Shown here piece by piece: positions 1-11,336 of a stretch of 64,000 nucleotides of DNA. The DNA lies in the NCBI GenBank assembly GCA_004431415.1, contig QPMI01000224.1, forward strand, positions 1-64,000, in the 5' to 3' direction. The notes beneath the pieces are model-generated. The model searched no databases. It saw only the letters and a list, made by a program, of their open reading frames with translations, and had not been told where the DNA came from. Position 1 is the stretch's first letter; the number at the start of each line of letters is the position of its first letter. The position numbers were made by a program, and so were the translations under genes. This stretch comes from Cyanophora paradoxa CCMP329. Its lineage: Eukaryota > Plantae > Glaucophyta.

Positions 1-400
1 TCTATAGCTACCGGTATACCGTAGTACCTCGGGGCCAGCTCAGCGGCTCATGATCAGCGGCTGGGCATGCCATGATGCGCATGCGGGGGGGCCCAGGGCC
101 TGCAGCCATGTTCATGAATTCGAATTGGTCTAATTTGACCGCCTAAATTGCTGTTTGTGAGGCTCAGTGATTCATGATCAGTGAGGCTCTTGCAATTGCC
201 GCTGTGCACTCGGATCATCGGATCCGATGATCCGGAATGATTGCAGCATGCATCATGGCATATGCCACATCATCATGGCATGCGCAATTCTGACCGACGG
301 ACGCTCTATATCTCATGACCAGTCACTGCTTCTGATGATCAAACTTGAAAGTATCATAGTACCTGACTCGAGCTCTACGCATACAGTAACTTGGACGCCG
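1..400. repeat. Lower-GC intergenic region rich in short palindromes (CATG, GATC, TGCA, GTAC), downstream of the karyopherin gene
   Basis: Dense catgatgcgcatgc, ttcatgatca and ggatcatcggatcc words. Shares tctatagcta and taccgtagta with the 32.4-33.2 kb spacer. Confidence 0.5.
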
Positions 401-530
401 GATGACCCGGCCCGCCATGGACAGGCGGCGATGACGTGGGGTAATGGGTGATCGGCTGGGGGTGAATGAGTATGTGTGTGTGTGGAAGTTGGGGGGGGAA
501 GGGGGGGGGGGGGGGGGGGCAGGAGCGGTG

Positions 531-3500
531 CTAGGAGAGGGAGTAGGCGAGGAGGGCGTCGGGGGTCATCTGGGAGCGGCAGATGCGGGAGAGGTCCGTC
601 ACCATCGCCCGGAAGCGCCGCCGGTTGGCGAGCAGCGGCCCCGAGGTGAGGAGGGGCAGGGCCTGCTGGCGGCACTCGGGGGGCAGGGCCTCGGCGGCGG
701 CGGCGGCCCAGGGGGCGCGGGCCTGGGGGAAGGCGTCGAAGGCGAGGGCGAGGAGGTCGGCGACGGCGCCCACCATCGTGCCCGCCATCGCCCCCGCCAC
801 CGCCCCGAAGAGCCCCGCCACCAGCCCGCCGCCGAGCGCGGCCACGACGTTGCGCTGGGCCTCCCCCGGGGCGCCGGGGAGGGCGGCGGCGGTGAGGAAC
901 TGGGTGTAGAAGTCGAGGAGGGCGCGCGCCGTCTCCCGCTCCTGGGCGGCCAGCTGGAAGAGGCCCGCCTCGAAGACCGCCCCCGCGCTCCCCAGCGCCC
1001 CGGGGCGCGCGCGCGCGGCCTCCGCGGCGAGGCGGAAGAGGGGGGCGGGGAGGTCGGGGGCGGCGGGGAGGGCGGCGAGGGCGGCGTGGATGCAGCGGGC
1101 GACGGGGGCGTCGAGCTCGGGGCGCCAGGCGGGCCCCGCCCCGTACTTGCCCACGGCGAGGGCGAGGGTCTCGAGGGCGCAGGGGGCGCCGCGGGCGAGG
1201 AAGGCGGCGGCGAGGGCCTCCACGGCGGGCGCGACGGCCCCCGCCATCAGCTCGGGGCGCCCCACGGCGAAGGCCCGCTGGAGGGCGGCGCACGCGGCCT
1301 CGCAGGCCGCCGGCGGGCAGGAGGGCGCCAGGGCGGCGGCGAGGGCGGAGAGGAGGGCGGCGAGGGGCGCGGCGGCGGCGGCCGGCTCGGCGGCCTCGAG
1401 GAGGACGGCGGCCGCCTCGGCCGAGGCGAGCTCCGAGACGAGCGCCCGCTCGTCCCCGGCCCCCGCCGCCGCCGCCACCCGCCCCGCCAGCGCCCCCAGG
1501 ATGCGCCCCGCCGCCGCCGCCCCGCCCCGCACCCGCCGGGGGCGCCGGCTCGGGAGCGGGGCGTGGACGGCGGCCCCCGGGTTGTACTGCGCGATGCGCG
1601 CGAGGGCCTCGGCGAGCAGCGGGCGGGCCTCGGCGCGGGCGGCGGGGTCGGCGGGGAGCGGGGCGGCGGCGGCGGGGTGCGTGCGGGCCCAGGCGGCCTC
1701 GAGGGCGGGGAAGACGGTGCCGGCCATGAAGGCGTTGGCGCGCGTCGAGTCGCGGCAGAGGCCGCGCAGCGCCCGCGCCGCCGCCAAGCTCAGGGCCGGC
1801 TCGGGGAGGGCGGCGAGGAGGGCGGAGAGGGCGGCGGGGCGACGGCGGGCCGGCCCTGGACCCACTCGGCGTAGGCGCCGAGGAGGGCGAGGCGGCGGCG
1901 CTTGAGGCGCAGCGGCTCGCCGGGCTCCGCGGAGGCGGCGGCGGCCGCAAAGAGCGCCTCCAGCCGCCCGTGCGTCGCCTCCGGCAGCGCGTGCGCCGCG
2001 TCGCACACGTAGTCCGCCACCTGCCCCGCACCCTCAGCCCCCGCCCGGCCGCCCCGGCGCGGGGCGCGGCGGGCGCGCGGAGGCGCCTCCTGCACGGCGA
2101 AGAGCAGCGCCTCGGTCGCCTGCCAGGGCCGCCCCGCGCCCTGCGGGAGGAAGCGGCGGGGTCGGGGCGGGGTGGGCCAGGGCGGGCGGGGCGGGGAGGG
2201 CGGACGTGTGAGAGGGCGGCGAGGAGGGGCTCGAAGTAGTCGCCGCGGAGGAGGCGGAAGGCGGCCGCCAGCGCGTCCCCCGCCTCCCGCCGGTACGTCC
2301 CTGCGCCCCGCCTCGGCCCCGCCCCGCCCCGCCCGCCCCCGCACGCACCCAGGTCCTCCCCCGACGCCTCCGCCCCTCCTCCCCGCCCCCTCCTCCGGCG
2401 CCCCTCGCCCTCCTCTGCCCGCGGCGCCGCTCGAGGGGCGGCGGGGCGGGAGGGGCCGGGCCGGGGCGGGGCGGGCACCGGGCGGGTAGGCGCAGGAGCG
2501 GACGAGGGTCTCGACGAGGGCGCGGTACACCGGCGCGTACGCGGCCTGCCCGCACACTGAGCCCGCCCGGCGCTGCGCTGGCGGCGCGGGGCGGGGCGGG
2601 GCGGACGGCGGCGGGGGCGGGGGCGTCGGCGAGGGAGCGCTCGAGGTGGTGCCAGGCCTCGAGGGTGAGGTAGCTCACGCGCCGCGCCGGGTGCGCCGTG
2701 CACTGCAGCAGCACGTTCACCACCCCGACGCCTGCCCCGCGAGCCGTGAGCGGGGGCGGGGCGGCGGGCGGGGGCGGCGCGGGGGCGGACGGCGTCGTCG
2801 GGCGGAGGAGGGGCTCCCCGCAGGCCTCCACGAGGGCTGCCGCCACGCGGCACACCGCCTCCGCCTGCGCCGCGTCGCCCTGCAGCGCCCCCGCCCCGCC
2901 GCCGCCACCAGCTGCCGAGACGCCGCCGCGAAGACCGCCGCCGCCTCCCCGACGGCTGCCGCCGGCTCGGGGGCGGGGCGGGGCGGGGCGGGGGGGCGGG
3001 GCGGACGAGGGTGGCGAGGGCGTCGACAAGGAGCTCGGAGGCGGGGCCGCAGAGGGCGGCGCTCCGCAGGCCCTCCAGCGCCGCCTCCACCGGCCACCCC
3101 CGCACCACGAAGCTGCTCCCCGTCAGCGCGCCCCGCCCCCGCCCCGGGGAGCGGCCCGGCGCACCTCGGGGGCAGGAAGGGGAGCCAGTGCTGGAGGCAG
3201 GAGAGGGCGGCGCGCTTGAAGTGCAACCCGGCCGGCTCGGGCGCCGCCTCGCCCCGCAGGGCGGCCTCGCAGAGGGAGCAGAGGGCGGGGGCGCCCTTGG
3301 CGAGCTCCGCCTTCACCGCGTCCCGCCGCGCCTGCGTGCACACCATCGCCTCGTACTCCTCCGGCAGCAGTCCGAAGTACTGCAGCAGCGACGCCCTGCC
3401 CCCCGCCCCCCGTCACCCCCCGCCCGGGGCGAGGCGCGGAGCCGGCGCACCCGACGAGCGGGCTGGCGAGCTGGCCCTGGTCGCCTTGCGCGACGCGCAT

Positions 3501-4104
3501 GATGTCCGCGAAGCACGAGGGCCAGCCCTGAGGGATCACCCGCACCGCTGCGCGCGCCCGTCAGACGCCGCCAGCACCGCCCGCCGCACTCGCCCTCGGC
3601 GCTCACTGAGCGCCGCCAGAGAGAGGCAGAGCTTGGTCTGGACGATCGCAGGGCCGCTGGCGAAGCGCAGGAGCAGCGGCACCAGCGCCGACGCCGCCTG
3701 CTCCACCGGCGGCACGCAGTCCCTGCACCGGGGCGCGCGTCAGGCCGACGCGTCGCTGCGGGAACGGCGGATGCACCACTGCCTCGTGATGACAGAGTGG
3801 AGCGTCTGCGCCGCGAAGTGCTGGGCCTCGAGTCCCTGCGCGGCGTCAGCGGTCGGCGGCACGCGGTCAGAGCGCGTCCGGAGGACCTCAGCACTCGAAA
3901 GCAGCTCCAAACTGACGCCCCATGCCGCCGGCGTCGATTGGAACTGGATGAGCCACAGGTTCGCGTTGTTGCGCTGCCCGGCGTCTGGGCTAGTGTAGAG
4001 AGCGCGCAAAGCCTGCCGGTCGAGATCAGCAAGCGTCGCTTTCGACGCGGCACGCGTTGCTGGGGCCTGCCCCGGCGCACCGCCACGACTTCGGCGGCCG
4101 TCAT
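531..4104 (-). CDS. Importin-beta family karyopherin, transportin-3/MTR10/importin-13 type (multi-exon)
   Basis: Spliced N-terminus MTAAEVVA|ALRALYTSPDAGQRNNANLWLIQFQSTPAAWGVSLELLSSAE|GLEAQHFAAQTLHSVITRQW matches IBN_N. It is followed by IVQTKLCLSLAAL, LLPEE, PWQATEALLFAV and HEAT-like helices, ending RRFRAMVTDLSRICRSQMTPDALLAYSLS*. Confidence 0.85.
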
Positions 4105-4373
4105 CGCGCCCAGGCGCCGGCCGCGCGGACCGAACTTCTGTCGCTTAGGCCGGCTGGGTGCGGTGCTTCGGATGTTCTACGGACTATCCTGGAGCTCGAC
4201 GTCACAGAACGTGTAGCCCCCGATCTGTCTTCCCCCCCCACTTCGTTCGCTGATAGCTCTCACATTCGATTTCTGCTCGCGTTCTCTGCCTCGCGTTCGC
4301 TGTCCAGCTTCTGCTTTCTCTGGTGCGGTTTCCTACGTGTGCGACCTGCCTGAAGGGAGGGGAGGGGATGGGG

Positions 4374-5366
4374 CTAGGGCTTGCTGGGGGTGCCGGCCTC
4401 GTCGGCGGTGAGGGTGCGGAGGTCCCTGTCGGAGATGCCGAGGAGGTAGAGCACGGCGTCCACGTTCGTCTGGTTGATCGCAGCCTTCGCCGCCAGCTGC
4501 GCCCCTCGCCCCCGTCAGCCCCGCCCCCGCCCCGCCCCGCACGCCCCGCGCGCGCCTGGTAGGTGGGGATGTCGTTGAAGCAGATGCCGAGGCCGGCGCT
4601 CCGGATCATGTCCACGCTGTTCGCTGCGCGGCCTCAGCGGCGGGGCGCGGGGCGGCGGGCGGCGGGCCTCCGGGGCGCACCGCCGTCGCCGATGGCGATG
4701 ACCTGCTCGAGCTCGATCTGCTCCTGCTGCGCGATCAGCTGCATGATCTCCACCTGCCCGCTCCCTCTGTCACCCCCCGCAGACGCCCCCGGGGCGGGGC
4801 GGGCCGGGGCGGGGCGGGGGGCGCCTTGCGCTGTCCGTTGATGATCTGGCCGACGAGGCGCCCCGTGAGGTGGCCCTGCCGCGCCCCGTCAGCGAGGCGC
4901 GGGAGGCGGCCGGGGCCGGGGCCGGGGCCGGGGCCGGGGCCGTGGCGGGGGCGGGCCTGCTCGATCTCGAGGACGTTGGAGAAGGTGTAGTCGAGCCCGA
5001 GGTCCTTCTTGAAGTGCTCGATCATCGTGCTGCCCCCGCCCCGCACCCCCTCAGCCGCCCCCGCCGACCCCCCGCTGCGGAGGCCCCGTGCTGGGGGCGC
5101 CGGGGGCGCGCCTGAAGCCGGTGGAGATGACGGCGAGCTTGTAGCCGAGGCGGCGCAGGGCGTAGCAGAGCTGCCGCGCGCCGTCCGTGTACTGCGGGGC
5201 GGGTGAGGGGCGGGCGGGGGGCGGGGGCGGCGGGGCGGGGCGGGGGCGGGGGCGGGCCTTCATGCCTGCGACGACCTGGCGGAGGGCCTCCTCCTTCATC
5301 CCCGCCAGCATCGCCACGCACTTCTTCAGCACCTGCCCCACGCGCCCCCGCCCCCTCACGCTCCGC

Positions 5367-5447
<81 letters not shown>

Positions 5448-6575
5448 CCCGCTCTCCCTCCCAGCCGCCCCCGCCGCCCCCGCCGCCGGCCGGCCCTGCT
5501 AGATGCCCCACCCCCCGCCCTGGGGTGCGGGGCGGGGCGGTGCGTGGAGGGGGAGGGGGGCGGGGTGGGGCCCCCGCACCTCCTCGAGGTTCTGGGCGGT
5601 GGCGCTCTGCTTGAGGGCGCGGACGGCGTCGAGCTTGCCGGCGGCGCGCGCGAGCTCCAGCAGCATGTCCCCCTGCACCAGCGTGTTCGACACGTCCATC
5701 ACCACCAGCCGCTTGCTCCTCCGGTGCAGGCCCTCCCGCTGCACTGCCACGTCCGTCTTCTGCGCCCGCGCCAGCTGCAGCAGCTCCGCCTGCCCCAGCG
5801 TGAGGTCTGCCCCGCGGCCGGCGGCGCGCGGTGCGCCGCTCGCCTTGAACTCGTCGAGCTTGATCGATTGCGGGACCCGCACAGTGAACTCGAGCGAGGA
5901 GAGCCGCCGCTCGCTGAGGGGCGAGATCTTGTCGATCGTGATCTGCTTCCTGTTGAGCATGTCCTGCGCCCCCGCCCCGTGAGCCGCACCGGCGCCGCCG
6001 CGGGGGCGACGGCGCTCGGAGCGGACCGCGATCTCAGCGATCATAGCGGCTTTGATCTCCTGCGAGATGATGGTGATGGCGTACAACTCGTCGCTCGCCG
6101 CCGCCCGCGCCGCGCTCGGGTCCTTCGTCAGCACGTTGAAGTCCATCTTCATCCCCTGCTCGTTCGCATGGAAGAGTAGGTCCTTCACGACCTGCGGCGG
6201 CGCGTGCGTAGCTAAGCTGCGAATCTCTTGGGCGAGATGCAGCCGGCGAGCGGCGCGCGCGCGCCTGCATGCTACCCGAAGCCAGCTCGATAGTAATCAC
6301 CGCTGTAAGATATCCCTGCATCACCATCTGGTTCACGTCCTGCACGATGCAGTTGTTGTTTGCGATCGTTCTGCGGGGCGCGTCGATTCCGGTGAAGCCG
6401 AGGCGTCGCGGCCACGCTGAAGGGGAATCGAACCTGAATAACGAGCTCATGATGCCGGGCTTGTCGCGACCGGAGACCTGGCGCGACGGTGACGCACAGC
6501 GAGCGCGGTCGGCTGGCGACGCACTGTCATAACGATCCGCTCTGCACTTGCTCCTGAAGTCGACGGCTTCGTCAT
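4374..6575 (-). CDS. serB: Phosphoserine phosphatase SerB-like HAD protein with two N-terminal ACT domains; catalytic motifs altered (12 introns)
   Basis: ACT: IVMT|VSGRDKPGIMSSLF...DVNQMVMQGYL. HAD: RRSKRLVVMDVSNTLVQ, GYKLAVISTGF, GLDYTFSNVLEIEQ|GHLTGRLVGQIINGQRK, VIAIGDG|ANSVDMIRSAGLGICFN, AVLYLLGI. An alternative ATG at 6701 would need a 33-nt intron. Confidence 0.9.
5369..5444. repeat. Poly(C) tract (about 40 nt) followed by a (CA)n microsatellite, inside a serB intron
   Basis: Read directly from the sequence. Similar homopolymer runs occur near 491-519, 11305-11355, 29546-29566, 29840-29868 and 31197-31213. Confidence 0.95.
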
Positions 6576-6622
6576 TTGCGCAGTGCCGAGCTTCTTGCGG
6601 ACCTTGCGCAGTGCCGAGCTTC
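6576..6622. repeat. Perfect 19-bp direct repeat TTGCGCAGTGCCGAGCTTC in the divergent serB/ataxin-2 leader
   Basis: Copies at 6576-6594 and 6604-6622. Confidence 0.9.
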
Positions 6623-6735
6623 AACAGCGTACCCCTGGCTGGGCGCGAAACCTGAGCGGGCGGCGCCGCTGTTCGTGTTCGTTCCCGGAATCCGGCTGCA
6701 TCAAGTCTTTATCGGTCGTCGCGGGGCCTCAAAAG

Positions 6736-9700
6736 ATGGCCACTGGGGCCAAGGCCGGCGTGAAGTTGGAGGACGGAGTTCACTCCGGGGGAAACGCGTT
6801 CTTAGAGTGCGTTACCCTTGCGCATGATCTGGTGCGCCGGCTCACGGGGGTTCCGACCGCGCAGGAGAGAGACGATGCGCCAGGAAAAGCACCTCCATGA
6901 ACGGCTGGTGTTCATTACGACGAGCCTGATTGTGCGTAAAGCGCCCGCTCGACCCTCCGCCGCCGTTCGCGCGAGCCCTGATCGCCGCCAGGGTCTCGAG
7001 GTGGAAGCGCATGTCAAGAACGGCACTGTCTACGACGGCATCTTTCACGGCGCGGCGATGGACAAGGAATACGGCGTCGTCTTGAAGATGGCGCGCAAGC
7101 GACCCGGGTCAGATGGAGCGGCAGTTGTCACCGGGCTGCCCGCCGAGTCGATGGTCTTCTACGCTAAGGATCTGGTCATGCTGCTCGCGAAGGACGTTTC
7201 CATTTCAGAGATGCTCGATGACGACCGCCGCGGGGCGCACGGTCCGCTGCCCGCAGCTTGCCGTCTCATGCCCCTCCGAGTTCCGCCGAGCTTACGGTTT
7301 CCTTTTCCCTCTTCAGATTCCTTTGCTACAGATGCGGAGATCAGCGCGGCGGCTGGCTTTGGCGCGGAGCGCGAGCTGCAGCCCTGGTGCCCAGACGACG
7401 ACGCCCCGGACCACCTCGGCTTAGAATATCCTTTGCGCCTGCGAGCGGTTCCTTTTCGCGGGTGCGGGCGCACCCCATCGCGCTCTCCTTGACTGCCGGG
7501 GAGCACTTCGACGTTCCACGACCGGGGCTCGCTTAAGTGGGACCAGTTCAAGATCAACGAGCAGCGGTTCGGGGTGAAGACGACGTACGACGAAGAGATC
7601 TACACGACGAAGCTGCACCGGGAGACGAGCTCGCACGAGTTCCGCGAGCGCCAGAAGCAGGCCGAGCGCATCGCCGCCGAGATTGAGGGGGTCCGCCGCC
7701 CCACGCCGGCCCCGCGGCGCGCGGGGCGCCGGTGCGAGGGTCCGGCCGGCGCAGCGGGCGAAGGCGACGGAGAACGTGCACCTGCGGGAGGAGCGCGGGG
7801 TGGCGATGGAGGACGACAAGTACGACGAGGAGGCTCTCTACGGTGCCGTCATCCGCGACGACCAGCCCCGCAGCTCCGCCGGCCGCGGCGTCCCGTGCGC
7901 GCCGCCCCGCCTTGCCCCACCGCCTGCCCCCATCCCTGACCCCCCGCAGGATTGCCGCGCGCCCGCGCCCGACGAGCGAGATCATCGCGAAGGTGCGGCC
8001 GCCGGCTGGCGGGAGGGGGCGGGGCAGCGGGCGCCGGCCGGGGGGGCCTGAGCGGGGCTGCCAGGCGGGGAAGGGCGGGGCGGTGGACGAGTCGCTGGTG
8101 GCGGGCCACAAGCAGCTGCGCATCCAGGTCGCGCAGGCGCGCCGCACCATCGTGCGCCGCCCCGCCCCCGCCGCCCCCGCGCCGTGGCCGCGAGCGGGCG
8201 GGGGTGGCGGGGGCAGAACGCGGGGTCGCCGTACGGGAGCCCCGGGGCGTCGCAGTCGCCGCTGCAGGCGGCGGTGAGCGCGGGGGAGAGCCTGCTCGGC
8301 CTCAACCTGGACCCCGCCGTCCCCGCAACCGACGGTGCCCCTGCACCCCCGCCCCGCTCCCGCCCCGCCCCACCCCGCCCCGGAGCCGACGGGCGCTGCG
8401 CAGAGGAGACGCGGCAGAAGTTCCTCGAGTTCAAGCGGAGCAAGGAGGAGGACAGCACGGCGAGGAAGGCGCGGGAGCTCGAGGAGCTAAAGAACTTCTC
8501 CCAGCGCTTCTCCACCTCCTCGCCCATCGCCTCGCCCCGCAGCGGCTCCCAGTCGCCCACCGCGCGCGCCGCCGCCGCCGCCTCGCGCCGCGCCGCCGCC
8601 GTGCAGCTGCAGCGGCCGGTCCCCGACCGGGCGCGCACCCTCTCCGACGCCGACCAGGAGACGCCGACGGGCACCACGCCGCCCCGATCCCCGCCGCCGC
8701 CCGCCCCCCCGCCGCCGCCGACGCCGCCGCCGGCGCCGGCAAGCCGGCAGGGCGGGGACGGCGGCCGCCGCCGTGGGTGCGCCCTCGCTGGAGCGGAAGA
8801 GCGCCTTCAACGCCGGCGCCAAAGAGTTCGTCCCCTCGTTCCTCAAGGCCGCCCCGCTGCCCCGCCCCTCCTCCCACCCCACCCAGCCCGCCCCTCCAGC
8901 CCCCTCCCCCGCCACACCCTCAGCCCCCGCCCCCCGGCGACACCGACGGCCGCGGCGGTGCCTGGGGCCCCGCGACGCCGTCGGCGCCGGCCGCACCGGC
9001 GGCTTCGGCGGCGCCTGCTACGCCGGCCACACCGGCGAGCACCTCGACGCCGGCAGGCGCCGCGCCGGCCGCTCCGGCCACGCCGGCGACCCCCGCGGCC
9101 CCGGCGGCCGAGGGCGCGGCGGCGGGGACAGCGGCGGCGGGGACGCCGGGCGGGGAGAAGGCGGGGGAGGGGAAGGAGGAGAAGAAGGAGAGCAAGTCGA
9201 AGCTGAACCCGAACGCCAAGGCCTTCACGCCGACCTTCTCGGCAGCGCCGGCGATGCTCCCGTCCCCCGTCGTGGGCGGACCGATGCCCATGCCGCCGGG
9301 CCCCGGCATGATGATGATGCCCGCGATGGGCCCCGGCCCGATGATGGGCCCCGGGGGCATGGGCCCCCCGGTGCAGGCCTTCCACGCCTCGCCCCGGGCG
9401 GATCACGGGAGCATCAACGAGCAGTACATGGAGGGGATGCGGCGGCAGCAGCAGCAGCAGCAGGGGCCCTACATGGACTCCCCCGACGCCGCCAAGTGGC
9501 GCGGCCCCGGCGGCCCCTCCTGGCGCACCCCGGAGGACGGCCCCGAGGGGCCCCGCCCCGGCATGCTCCCCGGGCCGCAGGGGACCCCCGTCCGCCAGCC
9601 CCACTTCGCCGGCCCGCCCATGCCTTACAGCGGGGCCGGCCCCAACCAGGCGCCCCCGGGGGCGTACATGGGCGGTATGCCGCCGGGCGGGATGCCGCCG

Positions 9701-10483
9701 GGGAGCCCTGTGCCGCTGCTGCAGCAGCAGGCGCCGCAGACGCCGCCGAACATGCAGCCACAGCAACAGGGGAGCGCCCCGCCGCCCCAGCAGCAGGCGC
9801 CCCTCATGGCGATGCCGGGGCCCGGCATGCCGCCCCAGCAAGTCTACATCCTCCCCCCGGGCGCCCGCATGGTCCCCGGCCCGGGGCCCATGCAGCCCGG
9901 CGGGCCCCAGTTCGTGTACGCGGGCGGCCCGCCCCCGGTGCGCCGGCCCCGCCCTCGCCCGCCGTGCCGCGCCCGAGGCCGGCGCAGATGCAGATGCAAG
10001 GCGGGATGCAGATGCAGGGGCCAATGCAGGGCCCGATGCAGGGCGGGCAGATGCCGATGCAGCTCGTCGGGGGTCCGATGGGCGGGCCGGGCTTCCCCCC
10101 GGGCCAGGGCGGGCAGATGGTGATGCAGCAGGGGACGCCGCCGCCGCAGCAGCACGGGGCGCGGCGCACGAGCGCCGGCACCTCGGGCCCCGCCGGCGGC
10201 GGCCGCGGCTCCCCCGTCGCCGCCATTCCCCACGGTGCCGCCCCCGCCCCCGCCCGCCCACTCCGCCAACAGCCGGCCCTGACGCCCGGCGGCAGTGCCG
10301 GCGGCGCCGGGCGCCGGGCGGATGCCGCAGATGCCGCAGATGCAGCCGGTGGGGGTGATTCCGATGGGGATGGCCCCGCCCCAGATGGTGCCGGGCGGGG
10401 CGCCGCCGGGGGCCGTCATCCTCCAGGGCCCCGTCATGCCGGGCGCGCCCGGCCAGGTCTACTACCCCAACTACCAGGGCTAG
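6736..10483 (+). CDS. ATXN2: Ataxin-2 / Pbp1 / CID3-4 homologue (Lsm, LsmAD, two PAM2 motifs, P/Q/M/G-rich tail)
   Basis: Lsm: HERLVFITTSLI|GLEVEAHVKNGTVYDGIFH...VVLKMARK. Then SFATDAEIS and ERELQPW. LsmAD: WDQFKINEQRFGVKTTYDEEIYTTKL...AERIAAEIEG...NVHLREERG...DEEALYGAV. PAM2: AFNAGAKEFVP (about 8800) and KLNPNAKAFTP (about 9200). Confidence 0.95.
7426..7506 (+). other. U12-type (minor spliceosome) AT-AC intron, 81 nt
   Basis: 5' site ATATCCTTT at 7426. Branch site TCCTTGAC at 7486-7493, then 13 nt to the terminal AC. Removal gives HLGLD-STFHDRGSLKWDQF in frame; retention hits TGA at 7490-7492. Confidence 0.9.
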
Positions 10484-10583
10484 CGGCCCACGCCGCCCCG
10501 CCCCCTCCTCCTCTCTCGCCAACGCGATCGCTCTCAAGAAGGGAGGCGGGACAGGGGAGGCGGGGAGGGAGCCAGGGGAGGTA

Positions 10584-10623
10584 GGGGCGGGGCAGGGCGG
10601 GGCGGGGCGGGGCGGGGCGGGGG
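10584..10623. repeat. (GGGGC)n tract in the 140-bp gap between convergent genes
   Basis: ggggcggggcagggcggggcggggcggggcggggcggggg. Confidence 0.85.
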
Positions 10624-11304
10624 TCAGTCCCAGCGGATGTCGCCGTGGACGAGGAAGGTGGCGGGGTGGTGGGCGAGCAGGGCGCCCCAGGACCAGGGCA
10701 CCTTGCCCCAGTGCTGCACGAAGTCCCCGTACACGAACCCCCCGAAGACGCGCTGCATGAGCCGCCACTCCTGGTCCCGCAGGTAGTGCACCAGGCCCAC
10801 GTCGAAGGTGTAGCCCCCCGTGTACCCCCCGAACATCCGCCGCACGTACTCCGAGAAGCCCTGCGGGGGTTGAGGGGCAGGGGGGCGGGGAGGGGGGCGG
10901 GGGCGGGCGTCGGAGAGGGAGTAGATAGCGTTGCCGTTGAGGACCATCCACCTGGGGGGCCCTCGGCCCCGCAGGCGAGGGCGGCGCGCGCGGCGGCCCC
11001 CCGCACCAGTACGGCCGCTCCCACGAGCTCCGGTCGATGGAGCCCATCATCCAGAAGGGCTCGCTGCCGCCCCTCCCCATCGCGCCCCGCGGGGGCCCCG
11101 CCGGGGGCGTCTGGGGCGGGGCGGGCACCTGGAGTAGGCGAGGCGGCGGAGCTCGTCGAGCCAGTCGCGGCGGACGGCCTTCACGTCCGTGTCCATGAGG
11201 AAGTAGTAGTCGTAGCGCGCCTTGAGCGCCGCGTCCGTCGAGAGGAGGAAGAAGCGCAGCGTCACGCCCCGCGGGTAGACAGCCTGCCGCAGCACTCGGG
11301 GCAG

Positions 11305-11336
<32 letters not shown>

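Noticed and set aside
7220-7316. Apparent GG or CG donor in the ataxin-2 intron before DSFATD
   Set aside because: A canonical phase-1 GT donor (CAC G|GTCCGC) a few bases downstream gives the same frame.
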